Of a stretch of 64,000 bases of DNA, positions 13,491-26,600 are shown in pieces. How positions within the stretch are numbered: the first letter of the stretch is position 1; every line of letters starts with the position of its first letter. The stretch is from the NCBI GenBank assembly GCA_000320545.1, contig ADNK01000501.1, positions 62,001 to 126,000 on the forward strand. The letters run 5' to 3'. This DNA is from Bigelowiella natans CCMP2755 (Eukaryota; Protista; Cercozoa). The position numbers and the translations under genes were made by a program. Below the pieces are notes generated by a model. That model made no database searches and had not been told where the DNA came from. It saw only the letters and a program-made list of their open reading frames with translations.

Positions 13491-15694
13491 CCATACATGT
13501 CTGTTTATATACCGTATCTGCTACAGATCCTCGTGTCGTGACCTCCTTGTGAGGTCTGCCAAAGAGGGAGGAGGTTTCAAGAGAAAACACATACATACAA
13601 CAAATGATGATGATTATGATAACGATGATGCCGATGATGATGATAGTATTCATGGCAGATTGGTTTTATGATCTATCACAGATCGATCTCTCGATCATCA
13701 TCTCACATTCCTCCTCCTCCTCCTCCTCCTCCTCCTCATCATCATCATCCTCATCCTCCTCCCATTCTCTTTCTCCCACCAAAACATTCATTTCCATTAT
13801 AAATACCCCAAGGAGCTCAATGCACACATACAGAAGAAAAAGAAGAAGAAAAAGAAGAAGAAGAAGAAGAAGAAGAAGAGAGGAATATCAGGAAAAGGAG
13901 GGAAGATCACAGCTGCATCATCCAACAGCATTTTCACCCCCACCACCACCACAACAATCAGGATGTTAACGACAAGGAAGTGGTGATAACTGGCAGCAGT
14001 CAAAGTAATGACGGGTATACCGATGATCATGTGTGAGAATCATAACTACTACTACTAGCAGTATGAGAACAAACGATAGTTTTTGTTCAAAGACAAGCTG
14101 AGGGACAACACAACCCACTGCTGTTTTCCCCTCCTCCTCCTCCTCCTACTAATACTACTACTATTACTACTACTATTACTATACTTACTACCCATCAGCT
14201 GAGTTGGCTACTAGCTCTAATTCTTGCTCATTTAGTCCGATTGAGTCCACATACTGCAACACCTACACACACACACACACATACACACACACACACACAC
14301 AACGCATACAGTAGACATTGGTAAGCTAACAAGCTCTTCCTCCTCCTCCTCCTCCTCATAAACATCATCATCATCACCATCATCATCATCATTATCATCA
14401 AGACCTTCTCAGCGATCTCCTTCACATACGGTTCAAGGGCCATAGATGCCAGCTCCAAATGGATCTTATTATCACCATTTGACAACAACAACAACAACAA
14501 CAACAACGCCAACATCACACGATGACGGCGACGACACGTCCGTTGAGAACATCGGACATATATCCAACATAAAAGGAGAACAGAACTAGAAGAAGACGAT
14601 ATAGAAGAGAAACATCCGCACTCATATTCCTCCGGGTCGTCAGCAAGTAAGCAAGTATGCAAAGTTGGGTATCTGTCATCATCATCATTATCATCATCAT
14701 CATCATTCGTCACTGCAACTACTACTATTACTACTACTACCGGGATATGCTTCGGGATTTTCTTTAGCATTTCCACAAAGTCACTTAAACGTTTGGAGCG
14801 AAATTCCTGGTGGTGGTGATGGTGGTGGAGAAGGAGGGGGGGGAGGGGGGAGGAAGAGAAGATTGAATAATGAATCAGGAAGGGGAAGATACGGGCCACA
14901 TCATTTGCAATTGTCGTCATGTGAGGTGTATTATTATGAATAGTTCTACTGGATTTTCTCCCTCAAGCATATGGAGTCCAGACAGCACCACCTGGTGAAC
15001 AAGGAAGGAGAGGAGGGGAAAAAGAAAGATCAAAAGTGAGGAGATGATGAGGGGCATCATTTTAAAAAATGACGTATATAATGCGGTATAGGAATTCATT
15101 GTAGATGACATGTGGCCGATTAATCATCGTTCATTTTATGATAATCCCTGATTGATTGATTGATTGTTTGTTTGTTTATTTGTTTGAATAAATAGATACC
15201 GCCTCGGGGAGGAACGACTCCAATGCAGGTTGGAACACTGAGTAACAAATTAAGACAATGGTGGTGATTCGCCAGTTTCAGTAGTTCGTTGCAGTATTCA
15301 GTATTTGCTTGGAAAAATTGCGTTGTAGAAACGGCAATGATTACATCACGTCATCGTAAAACAAAATGAGTTCTTTCATACGTCCTATTTGGAAAGCAAG
15401 GATGCTCGATCTACGATACAAGAGCTGACCGACATTGAGTTTCCAAATTGAAACAAAAAATACCCAAAGATTTACGTTACGTGACTTCTCACGGCAAAAA
15501 TTCATCATCATCGATATTTTGCCGCATCATCGCAAGAACTTCTCTTTAAAAGGGTCATTTAATAAAGTAAACATCGTTGATACTTATCAACATTACGTTC
15601 GAGAGTCTGCATCTGTGCATTCGTAATGTCGTGAGAGATGATGAAGCGGTTTGCTCTGGGAGCTTTGACCCTGATCGTAATCGCTCATCGTCAT

Positions 15695-15728
<34 letters not shown>

Positions 15729-15885
15729 TCCGTGGGGACAGTAGACAATGAATGGACAACGATGTGATGATTTTGCTTTCCTTCCTTCACATCATTATTA
15801 AATCCTCCCCCCACGACGATGCAGTTTATGTGAAAAATTCTCGATTGCATCATACCGTTACCTCAACAGAAAAATACAGCTAATG

Positions 15886-15929
<44 letters not shown>

Positions 15930-16171
15930 GCCAAAAGAAGAATGCGTAGTGGAATCGTCGCCGCCGCCGCGCTATTACCCGCCCCACTCTGCACCAGAAG
16001 GATACTCCAGGATGACGTGGTAGTCGTCGACTTCGAGCTCGGCTTGTTCAGGAAGAATCTGATCATGACGGGTGTCATTAAGTTCTTATCCATTTTGCAT
16101 TCACCATCGTGCAAACTGACGATTTAGGAGCTGTGCTGCAAGCGCTACTACTGCTTCTATAGGAATTGACA

Positions 16172-16225
<54 letters not shown>

Positions 16226-16507
16226 GGCAGAGGAAACGACGAATTTCCTTCAACACACAAGTAAAAATTCTAACTGACCATATGTGACGAGAGCATATCC
16301 TTGAGCTCTGGGCCATATCCTCCTCCCATTAGTACAGATACTTCTGAATGATGTTCATTACCATCTTCTTCACCATCTTCATCATTATCATCACCATCAT
16401 CATCATCATCATCATCATCAAAACTTCCATCACTGCACCAAACGATGAAGTCTACCCTCGCCTTGAGGCAGATGTTTGACTTTGTTCTTGATGGTCAACC
16501 CTGAGCA

Positions 16508-16552
<45 letters not shown>

Positions 16553-17706
16553 TGCGAGCAGGTTGGAAGAGAGAAAGGGTGGAATCGCTTGTTGTGTCTT
16601 TCTAGTAATTGTGTTTTGTTCCTCTTTCACGATTCTTGTTCGTTTCGTTGTCATACCCATTAATGCTGCGTTTCCACCGACAAAGTTCCTGGCTGCCTTT
16701 ACGCCTCTACTCCGAGGATGATGGGTATGTTTATAGAAAGGAGGAATAGCAGGGGGTGGAAGAGAAGAAGCAGATCATCATTTCATTTTTTTTTTACAAA
16801 ATACTGAGGGCGACAGTAATGGAGAAATTATTCAGTGACGCTGGGTTAAAAGAGCAATATGCTGATGCGAAATAAGCCGCCTGCAAATCCTCGCAATTCC
16901 CATTATCATTACTACCGTCATCATTTTCATTTATCATATTAACACACTACCGTGAAGCAGTAACGATGCTTTTGAACAGGTCACCGTTGGATACGAATCG
17001 TTCTCCCGCCCCCCCCTCATTGAAACAACAAGGAATAGTGAAGATAAATCAATCGTTATCGACTTTATCGAAGATGATACAATTGAACATGCTTGAACGT
17101 AGTCACACCTTTTCGAAGAAGTGCCGAAAGGTTTCTTGTAGATCTTTCAGAGACCTGTTGGAAAACACACATCACCGTTCAGTCAGTCTTGGGTGTTACA
17201 ACAATGCCATATATAGCCGTCGCTTTCGTTGTTGTCATAGTTGTATTCAAGGTCATAACGCCATTCTCATTCACCCAATAGCATCGTGATCTTTCCCTTC
17301 CACGAAACCCTCGGCTCCTAGAGCTTTGAATACCTAACAGAGATGACGACGACGACGATGATGATATGGCAAGTTTATTCAGCCAAAAAGAAGCACTACA
17401 AGCACAGATACAATCAATTCATCTGTGTTGTACTATCTGGTCATTATGTACCTCCAAAGCTGGCACGATAAGATCCACACACGAGTTCAACCCTACGGCA
17501 AATCTCCTCGGCCCCTCTTTAGGAGGTGTCCCGATGTATGATGCGAAGGTCTCAAAGGATTTAGCCTGGTCAAACGTTCCATCCGTGGCTGCTGCCCCAG
17601 AAGGAGCTGCACTGTTAGTAGTCTTGAAATCAAAGTAGAAGTATAGCGCCGCTGCCAATGCCCCGGTCGCAGCCAATGCGAATAGAGAGCGACTTGAAGA
17701 GGCCAT
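11834..17706 (-). CDS. ADPGK: ADP-dependent glucokinase (ADPGK-like), multi-exon, with N-terminal signal anchor
   Basis: Spliced exons give family motifs in order: MASSSRSLFALAATGALAAALYFYF, RRFAVGLNSCVD, VGGNAALM, HVILEYPSGAEW, KAPRANRFIISHD, VVLSGLHMLEG, HLELASM, RIHFHSLTFHLIA..AVAAG, SPVYVCNSPGSTVGLGDAISATGLFYS. The stop position below 11982 is uncertain. Confidence 0.92.
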
Positions 17707-18472
17707 TGCTTCGTCCGACCTCAACAATCTCGTTAGGTGTGACTTTCCTGGAAAAAAGAAGGGTGGGAACACACATATTTCATTCAATTACTAGCGCCAA
17801 AGGCCGCTTTATCCCAAGAAAGTGTGCAATGTCAACATCGGGCCAATGCCAGACACTTTCCATTGCACACGTCCCTCAACTGACAGAAAGAGCTCTCAAG
17901 TGCGCCGCTAGGCACGAAAAGGAGGTGTAAGGGAGTTAGAAAATAGTTGAGAAGGTATGAGGAAAAAGATCTCTGTGCTTAGAGGCGCTTGCAACAGCAG
18001 CCTTACCGATAAAAATGCAGCAGCGCTTGCGAGCAGATACGAAGAGCTGACTCAGCTGGGTTCCGATCAAATTTTGGTAATAAATAATCCCAGGAATATC
18101 TAAGTAGACACGTTAGAATCTTCCCCGCGTGTGTGAGACGACGGGATCTCAAACATAGAGAGACTATCGGACTTTCCAGATATATATGTGATAAAAATTT
18201 GCCTGTTTCCAACGTGTTGGGCCAGTACCTATTATTATCTAGACTTTAATCTGCAGATGATTTCGGTACTACCTATCGTTTCAAGAGCTTCATTGACGCA
18301 AGATTGTTGTCATCCCTCTTTTCTGTTCTCTCCATTATGTATCAATATTAATCGAGAAAATATTGTAATATTTTGTTCTAATTATAGCGATGATCCTGGG
18401 AATTCATTGGTAGCCAGAATTAGTACCACCCCACACCCCCGCTTTCAGCCCCTGCACAGGCTTGCGCAAAGA

Positions 18473-19455
18473 ATGGCGATCGGCACGTGGAAGTCTTTGA
18501 TACACTTGAAATTCGTGGCTCGCAATGCCAAAATAGTCCCTACGGTCACGCGCAACAGTCGTGCGATTACCACACAATGCTTCTCACCAGCGGAGTTACT
18601 GAACCGCAGCGCCTCCAGGCCACTGCAAGTGATGATGACCGACAGTTTTTCGAGACACTTCTCCAAAGAGTCGTCGAAAAAAAATAAGGTTCCCTCTCTC
18701 CCCCTCTCATCCGGTAGATGCCTTTCAATCACTAATAGTCAAAATCGATCATCTCAGAAAAAAAAGCAGAGGAATACTGCGGACACAGGAAACACGCACC
18801 CTGCCTTCACCCAAGCTTGCATAGACTCTGTCAGGGAAACAAAAGAGGAAGAATTATGGGTTGAAGATCGTACTCCGGAGCAGGTGATTCTTTGCCGTAC
18901 GGCCTCCCTCACGACGTCCATGAACAACTGGTGCTGCTTTTTAGGTTGAGAAGGATACGTATTACTACAAAGAAATCCAACGACGACAGATGCGCGAGGC
19001 CCGAAGGTAGTATGCATTATCCCGCTCTTATTAACTATGGCACACTTTCATTGATGGGAGTAGTAACTTAGTTTAATGGGCTGAGTCATCATAATCTTTG
19101 ATCACTTAGGGTTAACAAGCAACTTGCTAGGAAAATTCGGGCTAAGAATGCAGCTTTCGATGCTTTGCCAGAAGACATGAAAAAAACCTGCCGTATCATA
19201 GTACGTTTGCTCCAAACTCCTTTCTTTGATTGTTGAAATGAGGGATGAATATATTCCAGGATAGGCAACCGTTTCCTTACGAGGTTGGACCATGGGTTGA
19301 GAGCCCTCCGATCGAAGGTCATCTTATGTCGTGACGAAGTCTTGAGTGTACATGATGGAATCTTGTGATCTTACGATGCTTATTTTTATAAAATTTATTC
19401 AGGATATGACCCAACGAAATTTGCCCAGAACTCAGGGAGTGGGAAGAAGGGATGA
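18473..19455 (+). CDS. MRPL40: Mitochondrial ribosomal protein mL40 (MRPL40 / yeast MrpL28-like)
   Basis: Basic, acid-poor mitochondrial-type presequence (MAIGTWKSLIHLKFVARNAK...). Exons splice to ...YYYKEIQRRQMREARRVNKQLARKIRAKNAAFDALPEDMKKTCRIIDRQPFPYEVGPWVESPPIEGYDP...KKG*, matching the mL40 C-terminal pattern (AL.LP..D...FP......TPPI..Y.P). Confidence 0.75.
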
Positions 19456-20227
19456 AAAGAGTATAGCTAGCTGATATTGCCAGAAGTGAGTGATGGCTCA
19501 GTAGTCAGCGTGGGAATTCTTCGTTTGACAGAAATCCTAAATGTTCTTCGCAAACCACCCCTCCTATCAATTAGCCTTCGTACATAAGTACACACGTATG
19601 CATGTACATATATACTGCATTTTTGCCACACACCTGTTCGACGCGGTATGCCTAGATGTACCTCTGTGCGGTATGTTTGCGTTCAAATGCATTGTTGCAT
19701 ATTTGCGTACAGCAGTACTGCAACACCCTTGCCGCTTGATTGTAAGAGTCCGCTAGCACAAATTTGTAATATATTCTTGCTTAAAGTATACGCGGGGTAG
19801 TCAATGAGTTAGCTGCGCGCTAGCGCGCCAAATATCCAATAATTATATATGAGGTCATATATTTAGCCTGCGACGTGCTAATTAATTTGTATGCGACGAG
19901 ACAATATAGCTGCATATTGCATTATGTGCATGTACGTTTTGCAACCTGAAAAAATTTATTAACAAGCTAAGTAGCTAACATACACCTACATCTAGACATA
20001 ACTATGGATAAGTCTCATGACTTATGATACTTCCGCAATTTAGATTGGGCGTTCATGTACATCAAATCATACATCCACAGCTTCATTAGGATGACCATTG
20101 ATGGAATGTAATTTTTTGCATCCATTACACCCGTCTCATACATCCAGAAGCTTCTTAATAATGCACAAAGTGTAGCATAGACCCTCACACATACGAATGA
20201 ATATGAACCAAAAATCATTTCAAATTA

Positions 20228-22327
20228 TTAGTCAAATCCGCCCTCATTACTATCATAATCGGCTTGCAGTTTTAGTGCATCCTTATTGGATGCCGATGCC
20301 TCTTTTTGAGAAATGCCCGGAGCTTCAACTATCAGGCCCTCGTGTTTGTATGTTTTCTTCGGCCTTACTTTTTGCAACATCTCTTCGGTATCCTCATCTC
20401 CCCTTTCCTCGGACAGCGTGGTTTCATTCGGATGAGCCAAAGAGTAGTTTCGTCTATATTCTCGTAGGAATCTGAAAACGTTGAGGCTGTTATGTTTCCA
20501 ACTTAACGAAGACCTTATATTAGCAAGGTGGTCGGTGCATTCTTACCGGGCCATTGGCCTTCCACCATTCGTCATCATCATCCGCTCGTACCTACAGATC
20601 GGAATATGTTGCTCTCTATTGACGCTTGACAGATAGAGAATCTTAGGAAATAGGAGGATTAGATCGTACCTATCATATTCCTCCCAGGCCTGTTTCACTT
20701 CTGGGTCAGTTGTTGTAACCTGATAATGGGAAGAATAGTAATCATTTAAATAACTGGTTACCCTCGTCGAGATCATGGAAATTTATGACATCATCATCAC
20801 GTTTTTCATCGTCATATTTTGCGGTGGCTCATTCTAGTGTTTGAACAAGAAATGGCCGTACCGTTCCAACAACCTCCTTAAAATGACGTTCCAAAGGGTG
20901 AGTGGTTGTCGTCGAGGAATCTTCATCGGGTACCCTAGGGTTTCTAGCTTTATCAATAATCTCTCCTAAACCTCGTGCCCTTAACTGAGCCTCTAGGGCT
21001 GATATGCAGTTAGTAAACTTCAAATCGAAGAACAAATGCATGCTTGGATTCAGCATGGGAATTGAGTAGGCTTCACTACTGCTACCACTCTGTCCAATGT
21101 GTCAATACTCCTATTTTGATATTCTTCTTCTTTTAGACGACTACAAGAACAATTACTATTACTGTTACCACTACTACTGTTGCTGCTACTACCACTACTA
21201 CTGCTATCACTACTACTAGTACTACAACTACGGCTATCACTACTACTACTACTCTATCACTACTACCTGGAGCAAGTTTTTCTACCTCCAGATCTAACTT
21301 AGACTTTTGCTCTCGCTCTTTCCTTTTTACATTCTTCTTCGCGCTAGTCGCCAATTGTGACGAATTCAAAAACGTTCTTTCGCATTTGCGGATCCATTTG
21401 GGGTCAATATGATAAGAGGGCCGGCCTGTCTTCAAAATGGTTATATCGCAGGTACCGTCCGAGTGACGTTTATCAATTGAGCAGCCCCTCCACATCTGAA
21501 TATTAGGAAATTCCATCGGAAACGTGTGAGAGAGGAAGAGAGTTATTCTTCCATATTTCCAGGATTATCGTTCATTTGTCACTGGACGCTCGTACCAGAA
21601 TTATTTATTACCCCAAAAGAGCCATTTCTTTTCAGGACTTGCACTTCGTGATCATAGTAAGCTTCAATCTTGCCGTCATCCTCGTCAGCACCTAATTCTT
21701 CCTCGTCGCGGAAAGAGGCCAATATATCGATCGCACTACTCATGTTACTTTTCACAAGCTCAAAGATTTCCCTCTCTGACAGATCGTTGACCCTCTTCAA
21801 CGGTTTTTGAGATTCAGGGTTTGAAGTAGGCTTCCGTTTTCTCTGTAACCGTCGCTTTTCTGTAACTAAACTATCACCACCACTAGTTGCAGCAGCAGCT
21901 GCATTTGGTGTGCTAACTGCGGGTTCCAATTTGACGACATCATTATAATTTATCTCTTCTGATGTAGAAGAAGAAATGCCTGGGATTGCATCCATTGCAT
22001 CTCCGCTGACCTGCCAATGAATGTGATCGTTATTTTTGTGCAAACGAACCTAGCTAGAAATCCCTACTACATAGAGAAGGTTTTATTAATGCATTCGAAT
22101 ACGGAAAAAACATAATTTACGACCGATTCGTTTGGATCTTCAGCGAGTAATCTAGAACTGGGTTTGGCACGATCTTGTCCATGTTTCCTCAGCCCATTTC
22201 GCTGCTCACGAATTCTGGTCCTTCCCTTTGCCAAATCTAGACGACTTGCTGGCGGCGAGTGGAGTAGCGAGAGTACAGTGATAACCACTAGCACGGTGAC
22301 CTTCCGAACAACGGTGATTCTTTTCAT
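20228..22327 (-). CDS. Tudor/Agenet-fold protein with N-terminal signal plus transit-like leader, multi-exon
   Basis: Leader is MKRITVVRKVTVLVVITVLSLLHSPPASRL.... The spliced domain YDHEVQVLKRNGSFG|MWRGCSIDKRHSDGTCDITILKTGRPSYHIDPKWIRK fits a Tudor-like beta barrel. There is a basic cluster KRRLQRKRKP, and the last exon ends QADYDSNEGGFD* at 20228. Confidence 0.6.
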
Positions 22328-23042
22328 AGCCGACCATGATTCTGTCCAGCCATTATCTGCTTCTACACGGCTCTAAACCTCCCCGCCTCTTTGCTTCCAT
22401 TTGCAAGCTTCCATTCTTTTCCAACGATTGATGTTTGCTGCCGAATGTGCGATAGGCTTATTCGGCTTTGAGGCTCATTAGGAGATCCAACTTGCACACG
22501 CACAGAGCAAAAACATATGTGAATTTTATCCTACGACAACATTGGAACAATGGCTGGAGTTAAAATCCTACGGGTTTTCGTTTTCTTGCTACTCTGCTTC
22601 GGGAACTTACTTCTGACAGTTCGCGGCACCATGAAATCCACAAAATCGATGTCAATTTCCCCTAGAAACAGGATTTTTGGGTTGTCGCTTGAGAATTTCG
22701 GGAACAGTCTTCGGAGGAGAAAGTCTTAAAACCGAAAACGGCGACGCTTGTGACCCGAATGTACGAAGGGGTCTGCGGGGGATTCTTCATGCTTCACATC
22801 CCTACAGGAGCCATTCCTTTCATCTTTAATTACAAAATTGATTCTTAAATGCCAGTGGTTTTGACGGAATCAAAGTCACTTTGAGCTTTCCGTCATTGAC
22901 AAGTCCTTCAGCACATTCACATTCTTGTGACATGATTGGTGGTCACATGGGAAAGATGACATTGGCGCGTGTCAGCATCCTCTCAGTCAGTCAATTGCTG
23001 GGCATTCTGCTCGTGAAGCACTGCTGAATGCCTCTCAATCTT

Positions 23043-23170
23043 GCTAGCTAGCTAGCTTGTCTGCTTTCTGCACCAAGACAATGACCTGGTCGAACCTGGC
23101 TAGCTGGCTGCCGCAGCAACATGCTCTTTGCGCACCGTGCTTGTCATTTGCATCGGACACCTTGGAACTG

Positions 23171-23213
<43 letters not shown>

Positions 23214-23320
23214 TGTGTGTGTCGTGTGTGCAGCCCCATGCAGCACATTTGATGCTTCAAGTTTGACCCCTGTGGCTGTCTAGCTAGCTAGCTAGCTAGT
23301 TGGCTATAGCTAGATAGCTG
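23043..23320. repeat. (TAGC)n palindromic tetranucleotide runs
   Basis: GCTAGCTAGCTAGC at 23043-23056 and CTAGCTAGCTAGCTAGCTAG at 23280-23299, in intergenic DNA downstream of the K+ channel. Confidence 0.85.
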
Positions 23321-23655
23321 AATTCTCATCATCATCCATACGCGATCTAGCGATGCATGCATGGCTTGTTCAGAATCCCTGCTATCTAGCTATGTGAATT
23401 AGCAAACAACATCAACATCTAGGCCTGCATGACATGATTTGTGTAAATCCATGTGCGTACATGCTCATTCGCACTGCTGCAATCCATCCATCCCATCTAG
23501 TACATAAAATTCCATGAATGTAATTCATTTCTCGTACATGGAGCTATGGAGGTTTTGGACTGCCTTAACACATTAAAAGCTACACAAATAAGTTAACGAC
23601 ATCAACTCATCCTTTTCACCGTTAAGTCAGTATGAGGAAAAACTCAACAAGCGCT

Positions 23656-26600
23656 CTAAGAAGATTTTTTGGCTTTGAAGCTGGAAAATCCGTGCTTGAA
23701 CTCGCTCGAAAGCATTGAGTTAGATAGCGAATGGGAGTTATTGAAGTGGAAAGGTCCTCTTGGGCTGGATGATGATCGCAAGGGCGAACGTGCAGAACCA
23801 TCCCCTCCCCCCAGGTCTGCTGCTGCTGCTGCTACTAATACACCCTCACTATTCGTCGCCTCTTTGTAATTAAGCAGCATCATCTTCTTGATTTTTTCGC
23901 GCTTACTGAACTGGCATAGGAATTTGAACACGTTTTTGTGTTTGGCCTGAAGAGCTGATTCTATTGGAGACTCTCCCCAGCGGTCCCGAACATCGACATC
24001 CGCCTTCGCTTCTACCAGTACCTCGCAAACATTGAGCTGCCCTTCTGCTGCTGCTAAGTGAAGGGCACATCGTTTGTCGTAATCGCCCGAGTCTACATCC
24101 GCACCGGCAATACACAGCCGTTTGACTAGGTTCACATTCCCCCTAAACGCTGCGTTGCACAGATATTCTCCAGTGTTTTCAAGATCAAGGGTGGCTTTCT
24201 TTTCTAAGAGGAGTTGGATCACTTTATCATGCTTGTTCTCGACTGCTTCCAATAGCGGTGTTCGGCCTGCCCTGTCTTGGTGAGAGAGATCGGCGTGATG
24301 TGCTATGAGGACCTTGCAGGCTTCTAAGTGTCCATTTGCAGCGGCGAGATGCAAAGGAACCCGTCCATCGTAGTCGCCCTCGTCATTATCAAGCTGCATG
24401 CCATTGAGCGAACTTTGCAATCCCTTGTGATTACCCATTGAGGCGAGCTGGCACAACGCGGCAGACATATCGTGCTCGTAATGCTGTGTGAACTCTATGA
24501 TCGCCTCGTAGACGTCTTCAGCCATTAACCGTAAAGACTCCAAAATTGGAGGAAGTTCCTCTTTGTTCCAATGTCTGGACGTAATTTTAATCTTAAATCT
24601 AGATGAGTGACTCTTGCGGGTTGCCATAGTCGACGATCCTCCTCTGTATTTTGACTCACATGGTAGCGAAGGAGCGTTGTTCCTTCGGGTGCTGCCTATC
24701 CCGTGTATGCTGTCGTCCAAACCCACGGACGACTTTTCATCTGTTCCATCCAGAGGGTTATTGTTCATACAGCTTAATCCAACCGTCTTCCTCTGCTTTT
24801 CTTTTAGCTCCATCCTGGACTCTTTGGAAGGGGGAACTTCCAAGTTTTTTGGCGATAGTGGTGATGTTTCGTCGTTTCCATCATCATCATCATCATCACA
24901 GTTATCGACTTCATTTTTTTTTATTTGGTCTCCAATAACACAATTATTGCCCTCCTTCGATTGCTGCTGCTTCTGTGTGGCCGTGATGGATTTTACCTCT
25001 ATTTTAGTCATCTCGACTGCTGCTTCCGTCGCAGGGGGTGATGAAGGCTGCTGATGCTGCTGCTGCTGTGGGTTGTGTGAATGGATCGTGTCGTCCATTC
25101 CGAACCCTCTTTGAGAGCCGTACAGCTTAGACATGCCAAATCCCAGTTTCTTTAATCGTATTCTCATTTCGAATCTGGAACGACGATATAATCAAGCGAC
25201 CAAGACAAATTCATGTGCGCACAATCCCACACTATGCGAAAAAGAAATCTATTTTCTCTTGCAAAAGAAGAAAGTGATGGAACAACAAATTGATGAATGT
25301 GAGAAAACGACTTTCTGTAACGCTCTTCCAGATTTTTCAAGACTCTGTGCAGATCGCGCGCCAAGAGGCCAACCTGAGGTATAATTGCACGAAAGTCATC
25401 ATATTGAGATATTATCATTTATCGATCTAGTCGTTCTTACCATTTCCGATTTGAATGACTCCTCAATTTTGATCACTAAGCAAGGCTTTATCGCCTTTAT
25501 CTTTTTAAGCGAAGTGAGTATACAACATAATGCCAGAAGAGATACCAGAAGATAGAAAAATAAAGGCAAAAGAGAGCAAACAGTGGCTTAAGGGACACCA
25601 TAATAGAATAGAGTATTATCTTTTCCCTATCTACATTCTCCTCCCTTATTCAATAAATTAAAAAGCCAACTATTACCGTGCACGGCTGCGCCAACCCAGC
25701 AAAAAAGGACGCAGCACCGAAATAACCGCCAGGCATTATGATTGCGCAGGGTTTCTGAGGAGCGCGCAGGTAATTTGTGTTTGTCAATATACATTCAACG
25801 AACGAGGGGGGTAGTAGTAGGAGGAGGGGGGAGAATTATGTTCCTTTGGAAGAAAGGGGTTTATGTGCTACATGCTGCTACCAATGCTGAATTTGGCAAA
25901 GGTGCTATGTTGCTGGACTTACCACCTCGCACTTCTCTCGTACAGCCCCTGAACTTAAATTCTTGGAGAGCATCATCGCACATTCACCTATATTTTTGAG
26001 TTCCATCTAATTACTATCTCATTAAAACAAGAGCGAAATCTTGAAGGAATGCTCACGACGACAATTTGATGTGCTCTAGAACAAGTTTCCGATTCGTAAG
26101 AATCAACAGAAAGTCATAATAATCCCACATTGTTACGTCCCGACTAATTTGATCATCCCTATCTTAGATTTTCATTCTACCCCCATACAACACCCATTAT
26201 CATCACTTCTTCAGAGTTACAAAAGCTAAATCCGTGATTGCCTGAACCCCTTGCTCACCACCTTCTCGAATAATATAGAGGGATGTCCCGAAGTCGCCAG
26301 CTTTCATTATCTCCATTCCCTGAGGTATAAAAATCATCTCAAGCTCTTGTATCACCGCATTAAAGATGAGAGGATCACAAACCGCCATGTACAGCTCTTC
26401 CTTCACATACCCCAGTAGCTTTTCGATGAACTGCTCGCTTACCTACGTTGTACGAAACCATATTTACTTGACGATATTATTGGAGAACAAGATCTAATCT
26501 GCGGATATGCTGTACTACGACGGAAAATTACATTTCTGAAGATATCAATATCTGAGAACAGGTCCTAAGATGAAGCACAACAGTTGTTTTTGTAAACTTA

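Noticed and set aside
14228-14920. 230-aa ORF as a standalone membrane protein
   Set aside because: It is read-through of ADPGK exons and SSR-filled introns; the hydrophobic runs are translated microsatellites.
18789-18834. Apparent non-canonical GA-AG intron in mL40
   Set aside because: The frame reads through without stops, so no intron is needed.
18188-18949. 253-aa ORF as one protein
   Set aside because: Only the part from ATG 18473 fits the mL40 model. The rest is upstream sequence and in-frame introns.
20930-20945. Telomere-like CCCTAGGGTTT / TTAGGG words
   Set aside because: They are isolated single copies, here inside a coding exon, with no array.
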